Assembly: GCA_045591625.1 (NCBI GenBank)
Contig: JAZNTF010000096.1
Coordinates: forward strand, 1 to 41,385
Length of the DNA: 41,385 bases
Source: Candidatus Fimenecus sp.
Lineage (GTDB): Bacteria > Bacillota > Clostridia > Oscillospirales > Acutalibacteraceae
Direction: 5' to 3'
Every line of letters starts with the position of its first letter. Within the stretch, counting starts at the first letter, position 1. Made by a program: the position numbers and the translations under genes. A model generated the notes under the pieces. It was given only the letters and a program-made list of their open reading frames with translations. It did not search any database and had not been told where the DNA came from. Positions 1 through 7,872 of this stretch are shown one piece after another.

Positions 1-37
1 CATCACAGATGCTGTTACAGAATAACGTTCTATACAT
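1..37 (-). CDS. 5' end (12 codons) of a T-box-controlled gene that runs off the left edge; N-terminus MYRTLFCNSICD resembles AspRS-type (class IIb) aminoacyl-tRNA synthetase N-termini
   Basis: ATG at 35-37 (minus) lies 8 nt downstream of AGGAGG (46-51, minus) and directly follows the T-box terminator. Only 12 codons are visible, so the product is a guess. Confidence 0.3.
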   Translation of the reverse strand, partial: MYRTLFCNSICD

Positions 38-63
38 AGACCATACCTCCTAATATCTCCCAG

Positions 64-285
64 ATAAAAAATTAGTACCGGGAATATAAAAATATTCCCG
101 GGACGAGTAAACAAACATTCACCCGCGGTGCCACCCGCATTGATACGCACAAGGCATATCCTCTTTTAATTATTAAATTAGTATTGCACTTGGAGTGTTC
201 CCAAAGCTTACTACTCATCTCAAACGCGCTTTCAGTCGGTGACGCGTTCTCCCTGTCAGACTTTCCACAAAAGCCGAGTCTCCAA
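64..285 (-). promoter_or_regulatory. T-box riboswitch leader (tRNA-sensing attenuator), probable AAC (Asn) specifier
   Basis: Read on the minus strand. Stem I base helix TTGGAG...CTCCAA has GGG-AAC-A immediately 5' of the closing strand (specifier codon plus conserved purine). T-box motif AATGCGGGTGGCACCGCGGG is at plus 122-141. Terminator hairpin CCGGGAATAT/ATATTCCCGG (78-102) is followed by a T-run, then RBS and ATG. Confidence 0.8.
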
Positions 286-290
286 TTGGT

Positions 291-318
291 ATTATAACAA
301 AAAATGAATTTTTGTCAA
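291..318 (-). promoter_or_regulatory. sigma-A type promoter driving the T-box leader
   Basis: Minus strand: TTGACA (313-318), 16-nt spacer, TGtTATAAT extended -10 (291-299). Confidence 0.6.
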
Positions 319-380
319 TAAATTTTTCATTATTTATATAGTATGCAAAATTTTCTTGTTTATGCGATAATATATAGTTG

Positions 381-571
381 TAAATTATAATTTGTCGGGG
401 AATTTATTGAGAACACAATACCTTGTAGGGGAGGGTCTCCGTGCCCTCCCGAACATATGATGCACACTTACGGGTAGTCACAAGTGCGGGTCTCCACCGG
501 ACACCCCCACTCCACAATTCTGCATTCTGAATTCTGCACTCTGCATTCATCCCGATAAACTCCGATTTGTT
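381..571. repeat. GC-rich composite hairpin repeat element, copy A (same family as 36566-36934 and 41245-41385)
   Basis: Starts TAAATTATAATTTGTCGGGGA and ends CCCGATAAACTCCGATTTGT, the same termini as copy B. Contains a GTAG-headed hairpin (422-450), a GGTCTCC-ACC-GGACACC hairpin and a short tandem CTGCATTCTGAATTCTGCACTCTGCATTC. GC content is clearly above the flanks. Confidence 0.7.
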
Positions 572-589
572 AAAATTAACTATAAGTAT

Positions 590-626
590 ACAAAACAAAA
601 ACCAAGGTCATTTCTAAACCTTGGTT
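590..626 (-). terminator. rho-independent terminator of the GPH symporter gene
   Basis: Stem AACCAAGGT/ACCTTGGTT (600-608 / 618-626), followed on the minus strand by TTTTGTTTTG. Confidence 0.7.
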
Positions 627-655
627 TCTGTTATTATTGATAAAAATGAAGAATA

Positions 656-2110
656 TTAATATTTTCTTGAAAGTTGCTTTTCTGCTTCTGCTTTTGTGAT
701 TTTGCCAACATTACAGTCCGCCATAACCTGTACATCCTTATCGTTGAGCTTGTAGAAGCTCCAGATAACCAATGCGATAACAAGACCGATGATAGGCACA
801 ACATTGTATGTGAACCAAAGACCGTCAAGTGCTTCGCTTGTCTGTAATGCAATAGCATTGATTCTTGAAAGGTCTTCAAAGCTGCTTACTGATTGTTTTA
901 CGCCATCAATTACAAACTCTGACTTAAAGCCGAACCAACCGAGAAGCGCAAGTCCCATTGAGCCTGAAATAGCAGCTGCAAGTTTAACTGCGAAGGTCTG
1001 AATGGCAAATGTGATACCCTTTGCTTCTGTACCTGTTGTGTACTGACCATATTCTGCACAGTCAGGTGTGAATGTGAATGAAAGAACGCCGATAATACCG
1101 AGAGGAATGGAACGAAGCATAAATGTAATAACGAAGAGAATGAAGTTTTCTCTTGTAGGAAGAATAAGGAAGGATAAAAGAATAGTTGCAAGAGCACTGA
1201 TTCTGAAAAGCTTTGTCTTATCCATTTTTCTGATGATTTTTGGAACAAGAAGAGCCATAATGAGCTGTGGTAAGGCAGCAACTGTACCTGTAATAAGTGA
1301 TGCAAGGGAATTGTTGTAGATATAATATGCTGTAATCATATGTAAAGCATTATATGTCTGTGCACCTGAATAGAAAATATAACCGATATAGTAGATAAGA
1401 AGATACTTGTTGCTGATAACATATTTAAGCATTCTTCTGACAGTAAACTGTTCTTCGTCAATGGTCTTGTTTCTTTCCTGACAATGTTTAATCATAGGGA
1501 GCATTGTTGCCATAGCTACAATTGCAACAACTATAGAAACAGGACCGTAGCCCAAGCCGATAAATTCACTGATAAGAACAGTTACGAGAACTGTTGTGAG
1601 AGCTGTACCGACACCTGCTGTAATACCTTTAAGAGAAAGAATTGTATTTCTTTCTTCAACATTACTTGTCATTGCAGTGATGATACCGAAAGCAGGTACA
1701 TCGCAAAGGGTGTATGCAGTATCCCAGATGATATACGCCAATGCAAACCACACAAGCTTAACTGTTTCACTCGCTGCTGATGGGATAATAAAGATTGCAA
1801 TTGTTGCAGCCGGTGTAAGTGCGCATGCGATTTTAAGCCAAGGAATATACTTTTTCTTGCTCTTGAATTGAATTTTATCAAAAATAACACCAAAGATAGC
1901 ATCGTTAACAGCATCCCAAACCTTAACTACCAACATAACTGCTGCAGATTTAATAGGGTCAACGCCGATAAGAAGAAGGAATGTTGTAAGATATCCGGCT
2001 ATCATGTTGTAAATCATATTTTGTCCGAAGAAATATGAATAATAGCTTTTTCTTTCAGTTTTCGTTGTCTGCCACAAAGGATTCTGAGGCTTTGCTGCGG
2101 TTTTGCTCAT
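656..2110 (-). CDS. glycoside-pentoside-hexuronide (GPH) family sugar:cation symporter (MelB/YicJ-like MFS)
   Basis: 484-aa polytopic ORF. N-terminal region ...YYSYFFGQNMIYNMIAGYLTTFLL...VKVWDAVNDAIFGVIFDK... is typical of GPH transporters. Confidence 0.8.
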   Translation of the reverse strand: MSKTAAKPQNPLWQTTKTERKSYYSYFFGQNMIYNMIAGYLTTFLLLIGVDPIKSAAVMLVVKVWDAVNDAIFGVIFDKIQFKSKKKYIPWLKIACALTPAATIAIFIIPSAASETVKLVWFALAYIIWDTAYTLCDVPAFGIITAMTSNVEERNTILSLKGITAGVGTALTTVLVTVLISEFIGLGYGPVSIVVAIVAMATMLPMIKHCQERNKTIDEEQFTVRRMLKYVISNKYLLIYYIGYIFYSGAQTYNALHMITAYYIYNNSLASLITGTVAALPQLIMALLVPKIIRKMDKTKLFRISALATILLSFLILPTRENFILFVITFMLRSIPLGIIGVLSFTFTPDCAEYGQYTTGTEAKGITFAIQTFAVKLAAAISGSMGLALLGWFGFKSEFVIDGVKQSVSSFEDLSRINAIALQTSEALDGLWFTYNVVPIIGLVIALVIWSFYKLNDKDVQVMADCNVGKITKAEAEKQLSRKY

Positions 2111-2142
2111 AAAATTTTCTCCTTTTTCATATTATACCAAAT

Positions 2143-2170
2143 ATTATAACACAAAGAAAAAAGATTTCAA
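2143..2170 (-). promoter_or_regulatory. candidate sigma-A promoter for the GPH symporter
   Basis: Minus strand: TTGAAA (2165-2170), 16-nt spacer, TGtTATAAT (2143-2148). A second TATAAT lies at 2131-2136. Confidence 0.45.
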
Positions 2171-2180
2171 TAAATCTATA

Positions 2181-2216
2181 AAACAATAAAAATCCGTAAT
2201 CACAACGATTACGGAT
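2181..2216 (-). terminator. rho-independent terminator of the MFS-SDR operon
   Basis: Stem ATCCGTAATC/GATTACGGAT (2192-2201 / 2207-2216), followed on the minus strand by TTTTATTGTTT. Confidence 0.7.
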
Positions 2217-2281
2217 TTTATGGTAAACGCGAAAACTTACCCCAAACAACTCGTATGACATATAGCTGTCTAAACCGGATA

Positions 2282-3079
2282 TTATCTGCGGTTTAGTTTA
2301 TCCGATAAGTCTCCGTATAACGGCGTGGCAAGGCCAAAGCCACCGGATACGGTTAATATTTGCCCTGTGGTATATGCCGATTCATCACTTGCAAAATACA
2401 CAGCTGCTGCTGCAATTTCTTCAGGTTTACCCATTCTGTTAAAGGGTATATGACGAAGGAATAGGTTTCTGAATTCGCCTGTCAGGTTTTTCTCAACGGC
2501 ATCTGTTGCAGTCATTCCGGGAAGAACTGCATTACAACGAATGTTGTTTTTGGCTTCCTGAACTGCTATAAGTTTTGTAAGATAATTGATAGCCGCCTTG
2601 CTTGTCCCGTAAGACACTTGTGAAATATCAGGAACAAGTCCTCCGACAGAAGAAATATTTATAATACTTCCTCCATCTTGCTTTGCCATATATTTAACGG
2701 CTTGCTGACTTGCCATAAAAACACTTCTGAGATTAATATTAACGGTATCCATAAAAACATCAATATCGGTATTTGAAAAATCAAGGTCCTTACCGGGATT
2801 GGATGTTCCGAAATTATTTATAAGCACATCAATTCGTCCGACATCCTTTATTACATCTTCTGTCATAGTTATATACGATTCCGGTTTACTTGCATCATTA
2901 TAAACATATTTAACAATACAGCCCTGTAAGTTAAGTTTGTCTGCTTCTTTTTTGGCAAGTTCAAGATTTCTTGCCGCCATATAAACCGTAGCACCCTCTT
3001 TTGCACAGGCTTTAACACAAGCTAAACCGATACCCCTTGTAGATGCAGTGATTAAAACAACTTTGTCCTTTAATTTCAT
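2282..3079 (-). CDS. short-chain dehydrogenase/reductase, resembling clostridial NADP-dependent 7-alpha-hydroxysteroid dehydrogenases
   Basis: 265 aa. Cofactor motif ITASTRGIG, NNFG, catalytic S...YxxSK (YGTSKAAINYL), IRCNAVLPG. The overall pattern matches my recollection of the C. absonum/C. scindens 7alpha-HSDH family. The start overlaps the upstream stop (ATGA). Confidence 0.75.
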   Translation of the reverse strand: MKLKDKVVLITASTRGIGLACVKACAKEGATVYMAARNLELAKKEADKLNLQGCIVKYVYNDASKPESYITMTEDVIKDVGRIDVLINNFGTSNPGKDLDFSNTDIDVFMDTVNINLRSVFMASQQAVKYMAKQDGGSIINISSVGGLVPDISQVSYGTSKAAINYLTKLIAVQEAKNNIRCNAVLPGMTATDAVEKNLTGEFRNLFLRHIPFNRMGKPEEIAAAAVYFASDESAYTTGQILTVSGGFGLATPLYGDLSDKLNRR

Positions 3080-4494
3080 ATCTTTGCTCCTTTTTTGTCT
3101 TTATAGATTTGTGGCAGAAAAAGTACGGTAATTATTCCGACCGCAACACATACAATTTCAACTGTAGCAAGTATTTTTATTGAGTTTATGGCAGCTGAAA
3201 TTTCAGATGTCCCTGTATTGATGAGAGTTGCTACTCTGTTAGTGTACAGTGGTACAAATACAGCAACTCCAAAAGGAGCTGCAAGGTCACGGAAAAGCCC
3301 GTATGTTCCCGTGCCTGCACCCGAGTCTTTGGCAGATACACCGGACAGCACAACCTTCATAAATATTGTACCGTTTCCGCCGAGACCGAATCCAAGTACT
3401 CCCAATGAAGCGGCAAGTAAAAGTACAGATGTGTTTCCGGAAAACAAAAGCATAACAGCGCAACCGATTCCTGTAAGAACAAGAGAGCCCACAAGCACTT
3501 TTTTAGGCTCATAACGGTCGGCAAGAGGGCCGAGAATAACAGCACCAAGAGACATTCCAATATACATAATGGAAATGGCATATCCAGATATAACAGAATT
3601 TTGTGGTTGAGTATAATTAACAAAAACTATAATGTTAGTCATATTTGCCTGCATAAGTCCTTGTGTGAGAAAAAGAGTAAGTACGGAAAGAATAAATGCT
3701 TTTCTTTTTATGAAATGCCACTTAAGAATCGGATTCAATGCCTTTTTTTCTGAAATATACAGACCTATGCCTGATATGACGGCTGAAATAAGCACCACAA
3801 GGAAAAGTTCGGATTGCCATCCGAAATTCTGACCGAAAGACGGGATGCAAAGGAGCAGGCTGAAGAAAACTAATATAAAAACAGCACCAACACCATCAAA
3901 ATTCTTTATTTCCTTCTTTGCAGATGCTTTTTTATCGCTTGTTAAAAGACAAAGGACAAATACAATTACCGAAATTACAACACACACCCAGATCATTGTG
4001 CGCCAACTATAATATTCGATAATTAATCCACCAATAGTTGGACCGAAAATTACAGAAATGCTTGATATGAACATATAAAGAGCAAACCCTTTTGCAATTT
4101 TATCTTGAGGAAATTCCGTGACAATATAAGATATTACAACCGGTGCAACAGCCGCTGACCCGATACCGACGATAAAGCGAGCAATAAGCATAAACAGTAA
4201 TGAAGGAGCCATTGCAGTCTGAATGTTACCAAGCATAAAAACGAATATTCCGATTAACAATGTTATTCTTCGGCCTATCATATCACCCAATTTTCCCAAA
4301 ACGGGCGCAAAGGCAGCAGCTGACATTGCCATAGCAAGTGCAGTCCATGTAGTATTGTTATAGGGAAGCTTCAACTCTTCGACAAAGGCAGGGCTGAATA
4401 AAGATGTAAAACCACCAACCAATCCTACAAGAAAAGCTGCAAGAGCATAAGGCGTAAATCCTTTTATATGAGGTTTTTTTAAAATATTTTCCAT
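3076..4494 (-). CDS. MFS transporter, DHA2 (14-TMS, EmrB/QacA-like) drug/metabolite:H+ antiporter
   Basis: 472-aa polytopic ORF with MFS motif GKLGDMIGRR after TM2. Length and hydrophobic pattern fit 14 TMS. Translationally coupled to the SDR gene. Confidence 0.8.
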   Translation of the reverse strand: MENILKKPHIKGFTPYALAAFLVGLVGGFTSLFSPAFVEELKLPYNNTTWTALAMAMSAAAFAPVLGKLGDMIGRRITLLIGIFVFMLGNIQTAMAPSLLFMLIARFIVGIGSAAVAPVVISYIVTEFPQDKIAKGFALYMFISSISVIFGPTIGGLIIEYYSWRTMIWVCVVISVIVFVLCLLTSDKKASAKKEIKNFDGVGAVFILVFFSLLLCIPSFGQNFGWQSELFLVVLISAVISGIGLYISEKKALNPILKWHFIKRKAFILSVLTLFLTQGLMQANMTNIIVFVNYTQPQNSVISGYAISIMYIGMSLGAVILGPLADRYEPKKVLVGSLVLTGIGCAVMLLFSGNTSVLLLAASLGVLGFGLGGNGTIFMKVVLSGVSAKDSGAGTGTYGLFRDLAAPFGVAVFVPLYTNRVATLINTGTSEISAAINSIKILATVEIVCVAVGIITVLFLPQIYKDKKGAKI

Positions 4495-4587
4495 TTTGCC
4501 ACTTCCAATCTGTTCATAGTATTACCGATTTATTGTGAATTTATCATATTTTTTCGGGCATACTTTTATCAGAAAGGAGAAATAAAA

Positions 4588-4962
4588 TTGAAAGTTCAAT
4601 TTTTTATTTGTAATCATTGTGGAAGTTTAGTTGCTATGATAAAAGACAGTGGTGTTCCAATAAAATGCTGTGGTGAGAGGATGCAAGAGATACTTCCCGG
4701 TACGAGTGATGGTGCACAAGAAAAACACGTGCCTGTCTATAATGTGAACGGAGAAACAGTTAATGTTTCTGTGGGAAAAATAGAGCACCCTATGACTCCG
4801 GAACACTATATTGAGTGGGTGTGTATAGAGAGTGAAAATGGAATTCAATTAAAGAAATTAAAGCCAAACACAGCACCTAAGATTTCTTTCTCATTATCAA
4901 AAGGTGACAAAGTTAAGGCAGTCTATGCTTTTTGCAATCTGCATAGTCTTTGGAAAGCGTAA
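4588..4962 (+). CDS. dfx: desulfoferrodoxin (2Fe superoxide reductase)
   Basis: 124 aa with a TTG start after AGGAGA. N-terminal desulforedoxin-like CxxC...CC (CNHCG...KCCG). Centre II ligands EKHVP, HPMTPEH and CNLH are present. Confidence 0.85.
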   Translation: MKVQFFICNHCGSLVAMIKDSGVPIKCCGERMQEILPGTSDGAQEKHVPVYNVNGETVNVSVGKIEHPMTPEHYIEWVCIESENGIQLKKLKPNTAPKISFSLSKGDKVKAVYAFCNLHSLWKA

Positions 4963-4982
4963 AAATAATAAGGAGTTTTACA

Positions 4983-5421
4983 ATGTCAATTATAAACAAG
5001 GAAGTTTCCGATTTCAAAACCTATGCATATCACGAAAATGATTTTAAGACTGTTTCAAAAGAAGATATTCTTGGTAAATGGAGTGTTTTCTTTTTCTATC
5101 CTTGGACTTTACAATGCTGCGGGACCGGGACAACAAATTGACGAACAGACTGAGCAAGAAATTAAAAATATAAAAAGTCCCGTAGATATGAAAATCTTGG
5201 TATCATTATCCTGTACAATGTGTCCTAATTTGGTTATTGCTTGTCAGCATATAGCAACACTTAATGAAAATATCCGTGCCGAAGTCTATGACATTCAGCA
5301 TTTTGAAGAATTGAAGAAAAAATATAATGTAATGAGTGTTCCATGTTTAGTTATAAATGACCATAATGTGTCATTCGGCAAGAAAAATATAAACCAGGTT
5401 TTAGAGCTAATCAGAAATTAA
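4983..5421 (+). pseudogene. remnant: 5' end of ahpC (2-Cys peroxiredoxin) joined out of frame to the CxxC thioredoxin-fold half of an AhpF N-terminal domain / Cp9-like redoxin
   Basis: After AAGGAG, MSIINKEVSDFKTYAYHENDFKTVSKEDILGKWSVFFFYP matches AhpC N-termini but stops before the peroxidatic FTFVCP motif. From about 5105 another frame reads GPGQQIDEQ...VSLSCTMCPNLV...NVMSVPCLVIN..., as in the AhpF NTD. No FAD/NADH domains follow. Confidence 0.55.
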
Positions 5422-5485
5422 AAATGTGAAGTTTAATATTGATTTTGAGTAGTTTACGGTGGGTATTGATAAGGTGAAGTAAAAA

Positions 5486-5526
5486 AGACCGAGCAGAGTT
5501 TTAGGCTCTGCTCGGTTAATCTTTTA
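5486..5526 (+). terminator. rho-independent terminator after the dfx/ahp-remnant unit
   Basis: Stem CCGAGCAGAG/CTCTGCTCGG (5489-5498 / 5506-5515), followed by TTAATCTTTT. Confidence 0.6.
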
Positions 5527-5653
5527 AGAAGTGGTTGCTATGGCTCGATTTTGCGCTTGAATACTGTACTTAGGAGAAATCGATTTATCTAAAATGTTAT
5601 AAAACAAAAACATCTACTCTAAAAGTGATAAAAAATAATTACTCAGTGTGCTG

Positions 5654-5729
<76 letters not shown>

Positions 5730-5819
5730 ATATAAGGACACACTGAGTAATTTATTTATTAAGTTTTTTGTGGTTTTCGTTTTGCGCCCCCAACTGCGCT
5801 AATTCCTCGAATCGCTTTT

Positions 5820-5848
5820 ATTTTATCACAGGAAATCATATTTTTCAA
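5820..5848 (-). promoter_or_regulatory. candidate promoter for tRNA-Ala
   Basis: Minus strand: TTGAAA (5843-5848), 17-nt spacer, TGaTAAAAT (-10 at 5820-5825). Confidence 0.4.
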
Positions 5849-5896
5849 TTCTTTGTTTATAAAATTATGCAGAATAATATGTAGCTGATTTGTGAC

Positions 5897-5925
5897 TTGC
5901 GAAACAATTGCTTTTTGTGTATAAT
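5897..5925 (+). promoter_or_regulatory. candidate promoter for the alpha/beta hydrolase gene
   Basis: TTGCGA (5897-5902), 17-nt spacer, TATAAT (5920-5925). Confidence 0.5.
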
Positions 5926-5950
5926 CAAAATGCAAATTGAGTTTTAGAAG

Positions 5951-6904
5951 GTGTTTTCCTTGAGTTTTTCAACTAAACAATATAGTTTTCAATCTGTTTC
6001 AGGATTGTGTGATATATATGCACAATGCATTGCTCCGAATGATGAGAGTAAAATAAAAGGCGTGGTGCAGATTTCCCATGGTATGGCGGAGCATTCAACC
6101 CGATATATTCGTTTCGCAAAGGAATTGTGCAAAGCTGGATATGTTGTTTTCTTAAACGACCACGTGGGTCATGGTTTATCCGTTACTGACAAGAAAATGC
6201 TTGGTTATTTTGGTGAAAACGGTGAAGAAGCTTTTATCGATGACATGAAGCTTTTAACGGATATTGCGAAGACGGAATATCCCGACTTGCCGTTTTTTGT
6301 GTTTGGTCATGGTATGGGTAGCCTTATTGCAAGAAAATACACTGCTAAATACAAAAGTTTTATTGATGGTGTTGTTTATAGCGCAACAAGTGGCAGAAAT
6401 CCTATGCTGGACTTCGGTTTGTTCCTTGCGAATACTATGATAAAGTTAAAGGGTGACAGATATTGTTCTGCATTTCTGGCTTCAATGGCGTTTGGCTCAT
6501 ATAACAAAAAGACAGAAAAACGAACAAAATGCGACTGGGCAACCCGCGATGAAGCAGAAGTGGATAAGTATATTGCCGACGAATTGTGCGGATATAAATA
6601 TACTGTTAGCGGAATGAAAGCCTTGTTTATGACGCTTAAAGAGGTTTCGTCACCTGATTGGTATAGCAGAATACCAAAAGATTTTCCGGTTTTTCTTGTA
6701 GCAGGGACTATGGACCCTGTGGGTGATTACGGAAAAGGCGTTAATCAGGTTTATGAAATACTTAAACAGACAGGACACCATAATGTTTCTAAAAAAATGT
6801 ATGAAGGTGCCCGTCACGAAATTCTTAACGAAACAAATCGTGACGAGGTTTTTGCCGACATTATAGAATGGTTGGATACACAAGTCAAGAATAAATCAGA
6901 ATAA
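5951..6904 (+). CDS. alpha/beta hydrolase, lysophospholipase/monoacylglycerol-lipase (Hydrolase_4) family, with Gly at the nucleophile position
   Basis: Oxyanion motif SHGMAEHSTRY. Nucleophile elbow reads GHGMG instead of GHSMG. Asp (GTMDPVGD) and His (GARHEILNE) are retained. The start is ambiguous: GTG 5951, or TTG 5960 which has better spacing from AGAAGG. Confidence 0.75.
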   Translation: MFSLSFSTKQYSFQSVSGLCDIYAQCIAPNDESKIKGVVQISHGMAEHSTRYIRFAKELCKAGYVVFLNDHVGHGLSVTDKKMLGYFGENGEEAFIDDMKLLTDIAKTEYPDLPFFVFGHGMGSLIARKYTAKYKSFIDGVVYSATSGRNPMLDFGLFLANTMIKLKGDRYCSAFLASMAFGSYNKKTEKRTKCDWATRDEAEVDKYIADELCGYKYTVSGMKALFMTLKEVSSPDWYSRIPKDFPVFLVAGTMDPVGDYGKGVNQVYEILKQTGHHNVSKKMYEGARHEILNETNRDEVFADIIEWLDTQVKNKSE

Positions 6905-6909
6905 AATAA

Positions 6910-6938
6910 AACCGTAGGGGTTCCTACGGTTATTTTTT
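6910..6938. terminator. bidirectional terminator between convergent genes
   Basis: Stem AACCGTAGG/CCTACGGTT (6910-6918 / 6923-6931), flanked by an A-run upstream and a T-run downstream. Confidence 0.7.
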
Positions 6939-7863
6939 ACATGTTTTTAAGTCTTTCATATTCCTCATCTGTGATTTCAATTACACCACCATGCTTGAAT
7001 CCGTATGGGAATTTGAATAAATCAGGGCAACGGGTAACATTCATATCACCGGGCTTTGATGAGATGAATGGAATATATCCCATTTTTTCTTTTTCACATC
7101 CAAAGAAATCGAAGAGGATACACCATCTTCCGTCAGGCAATGTGAAGCTTGTTCCGGCTTCATAAGAGCCTGCTTTTTCAACTTCATTTTCCATATATTC
7201 TTCAAAATTTTTGTCGTGTTTATATGGTCCGTAAAGATTATCGGATGTTGCATGCATATTCATTGACGGATTGTGTGCATTTTTGTAAAACATATGGTAG
7301 ATACCGTCAATTTTTCTTATGTGAGTATCAAGAATTTCATTATCCTTTGTAAAGAAAAGCTTTGGCTCTGTAAATGTTTCAAAATCCTTTGTGGTTGAGC
7401 AATAAATTGACATATGCTTATAATCATCTTCTGCCACAGTTGAGCCCCAATGAACAAGATATTCGTCGTTGATTTCGTCATAGAAAACCTCAGGAGCCCA
7501 CATACAACCAAAATCATCTCGACCAAAGTAAACGAGCTTTTCCTCGCTGAAATTCACAAGGTCCTTCGTTTTCCACATACGAAGACTTTTACTGCCTGTA
7601 CGATTGATGTTTGACCAATCTAATTGCAGATTTTCGTCATAACGGTTTGCAACACATAAATCAGTTGTGAGAATTACAAAACTTCCGTCACGATATCTTA
7701 CAATTTCAATGTCACGACAACCTTTTTCACCGAGTTGTGCAGTTAAAATAGGATTTCCGTCGTTAACCTTTTCCCAATTGAATCCGTCGCGGCTGATACT
7801 GAAATAAACTTGCTCACCGTCAGGTGTATATTTTTCTTTAAAGTGTACAAACAAATATGCCAT
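6937..7863 (-). CDS. GH43-like five-bladed beta-propeller glycoside hydrolase, no signal peptide
   Basis: 308 aa. N-terminal ...GEQVYFSISRDGFNWEKV..., CRDIEIV (candidate catalytic Asp region) and CMWAPEVFYD...YLVHWG resemble GH43 blades. AGGAGA RBS present. Confidence 0.55.
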   Translation of the reverse strand: MAYLFVHFKEKYTPDGEQVYFSISRDGFNWEKVNDGNPILTAQLGEKGCRDIEIVRYRDGSFVILTTDLCVANRYDENLQLDWSNINRTGSKSLRMWKTKDLVNFSEEKLVYFGRDDFGCMWAPEVFYDEINDEYLVHWGSTVAEDDYKHMSIYCSTTKDFETFTEPKLFFTKDNEILDTHIRKIDGIYHMFYKNAHNPSMNMHATSDNLYGPYKHDKNFEEYMENEVEKAGSYEAGTSFTLPDGRWCILFDFFGCEKEKMGYIPFISSKPGDMNVTRCPDLFKFPYGFKHGGVIEITDEEYERLKNM

Positions 7864-7872
7864 AGTGTTCTC

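Noticed and set aside
404-598. 64-aa ORF (minus) ...REGTETLPYKVLCSQ inside repeat copy A. Similar ORFs lie at 36264-36656 (minus, 130 aa) and 41140-41367 (minus, 75 aa).
   Set aside because: They lie entirely within the GC-rich hairpin repeats and have no RBS. Their peptide sequence is simply the translation of palindromic modules, so they are almost certainly spurious.
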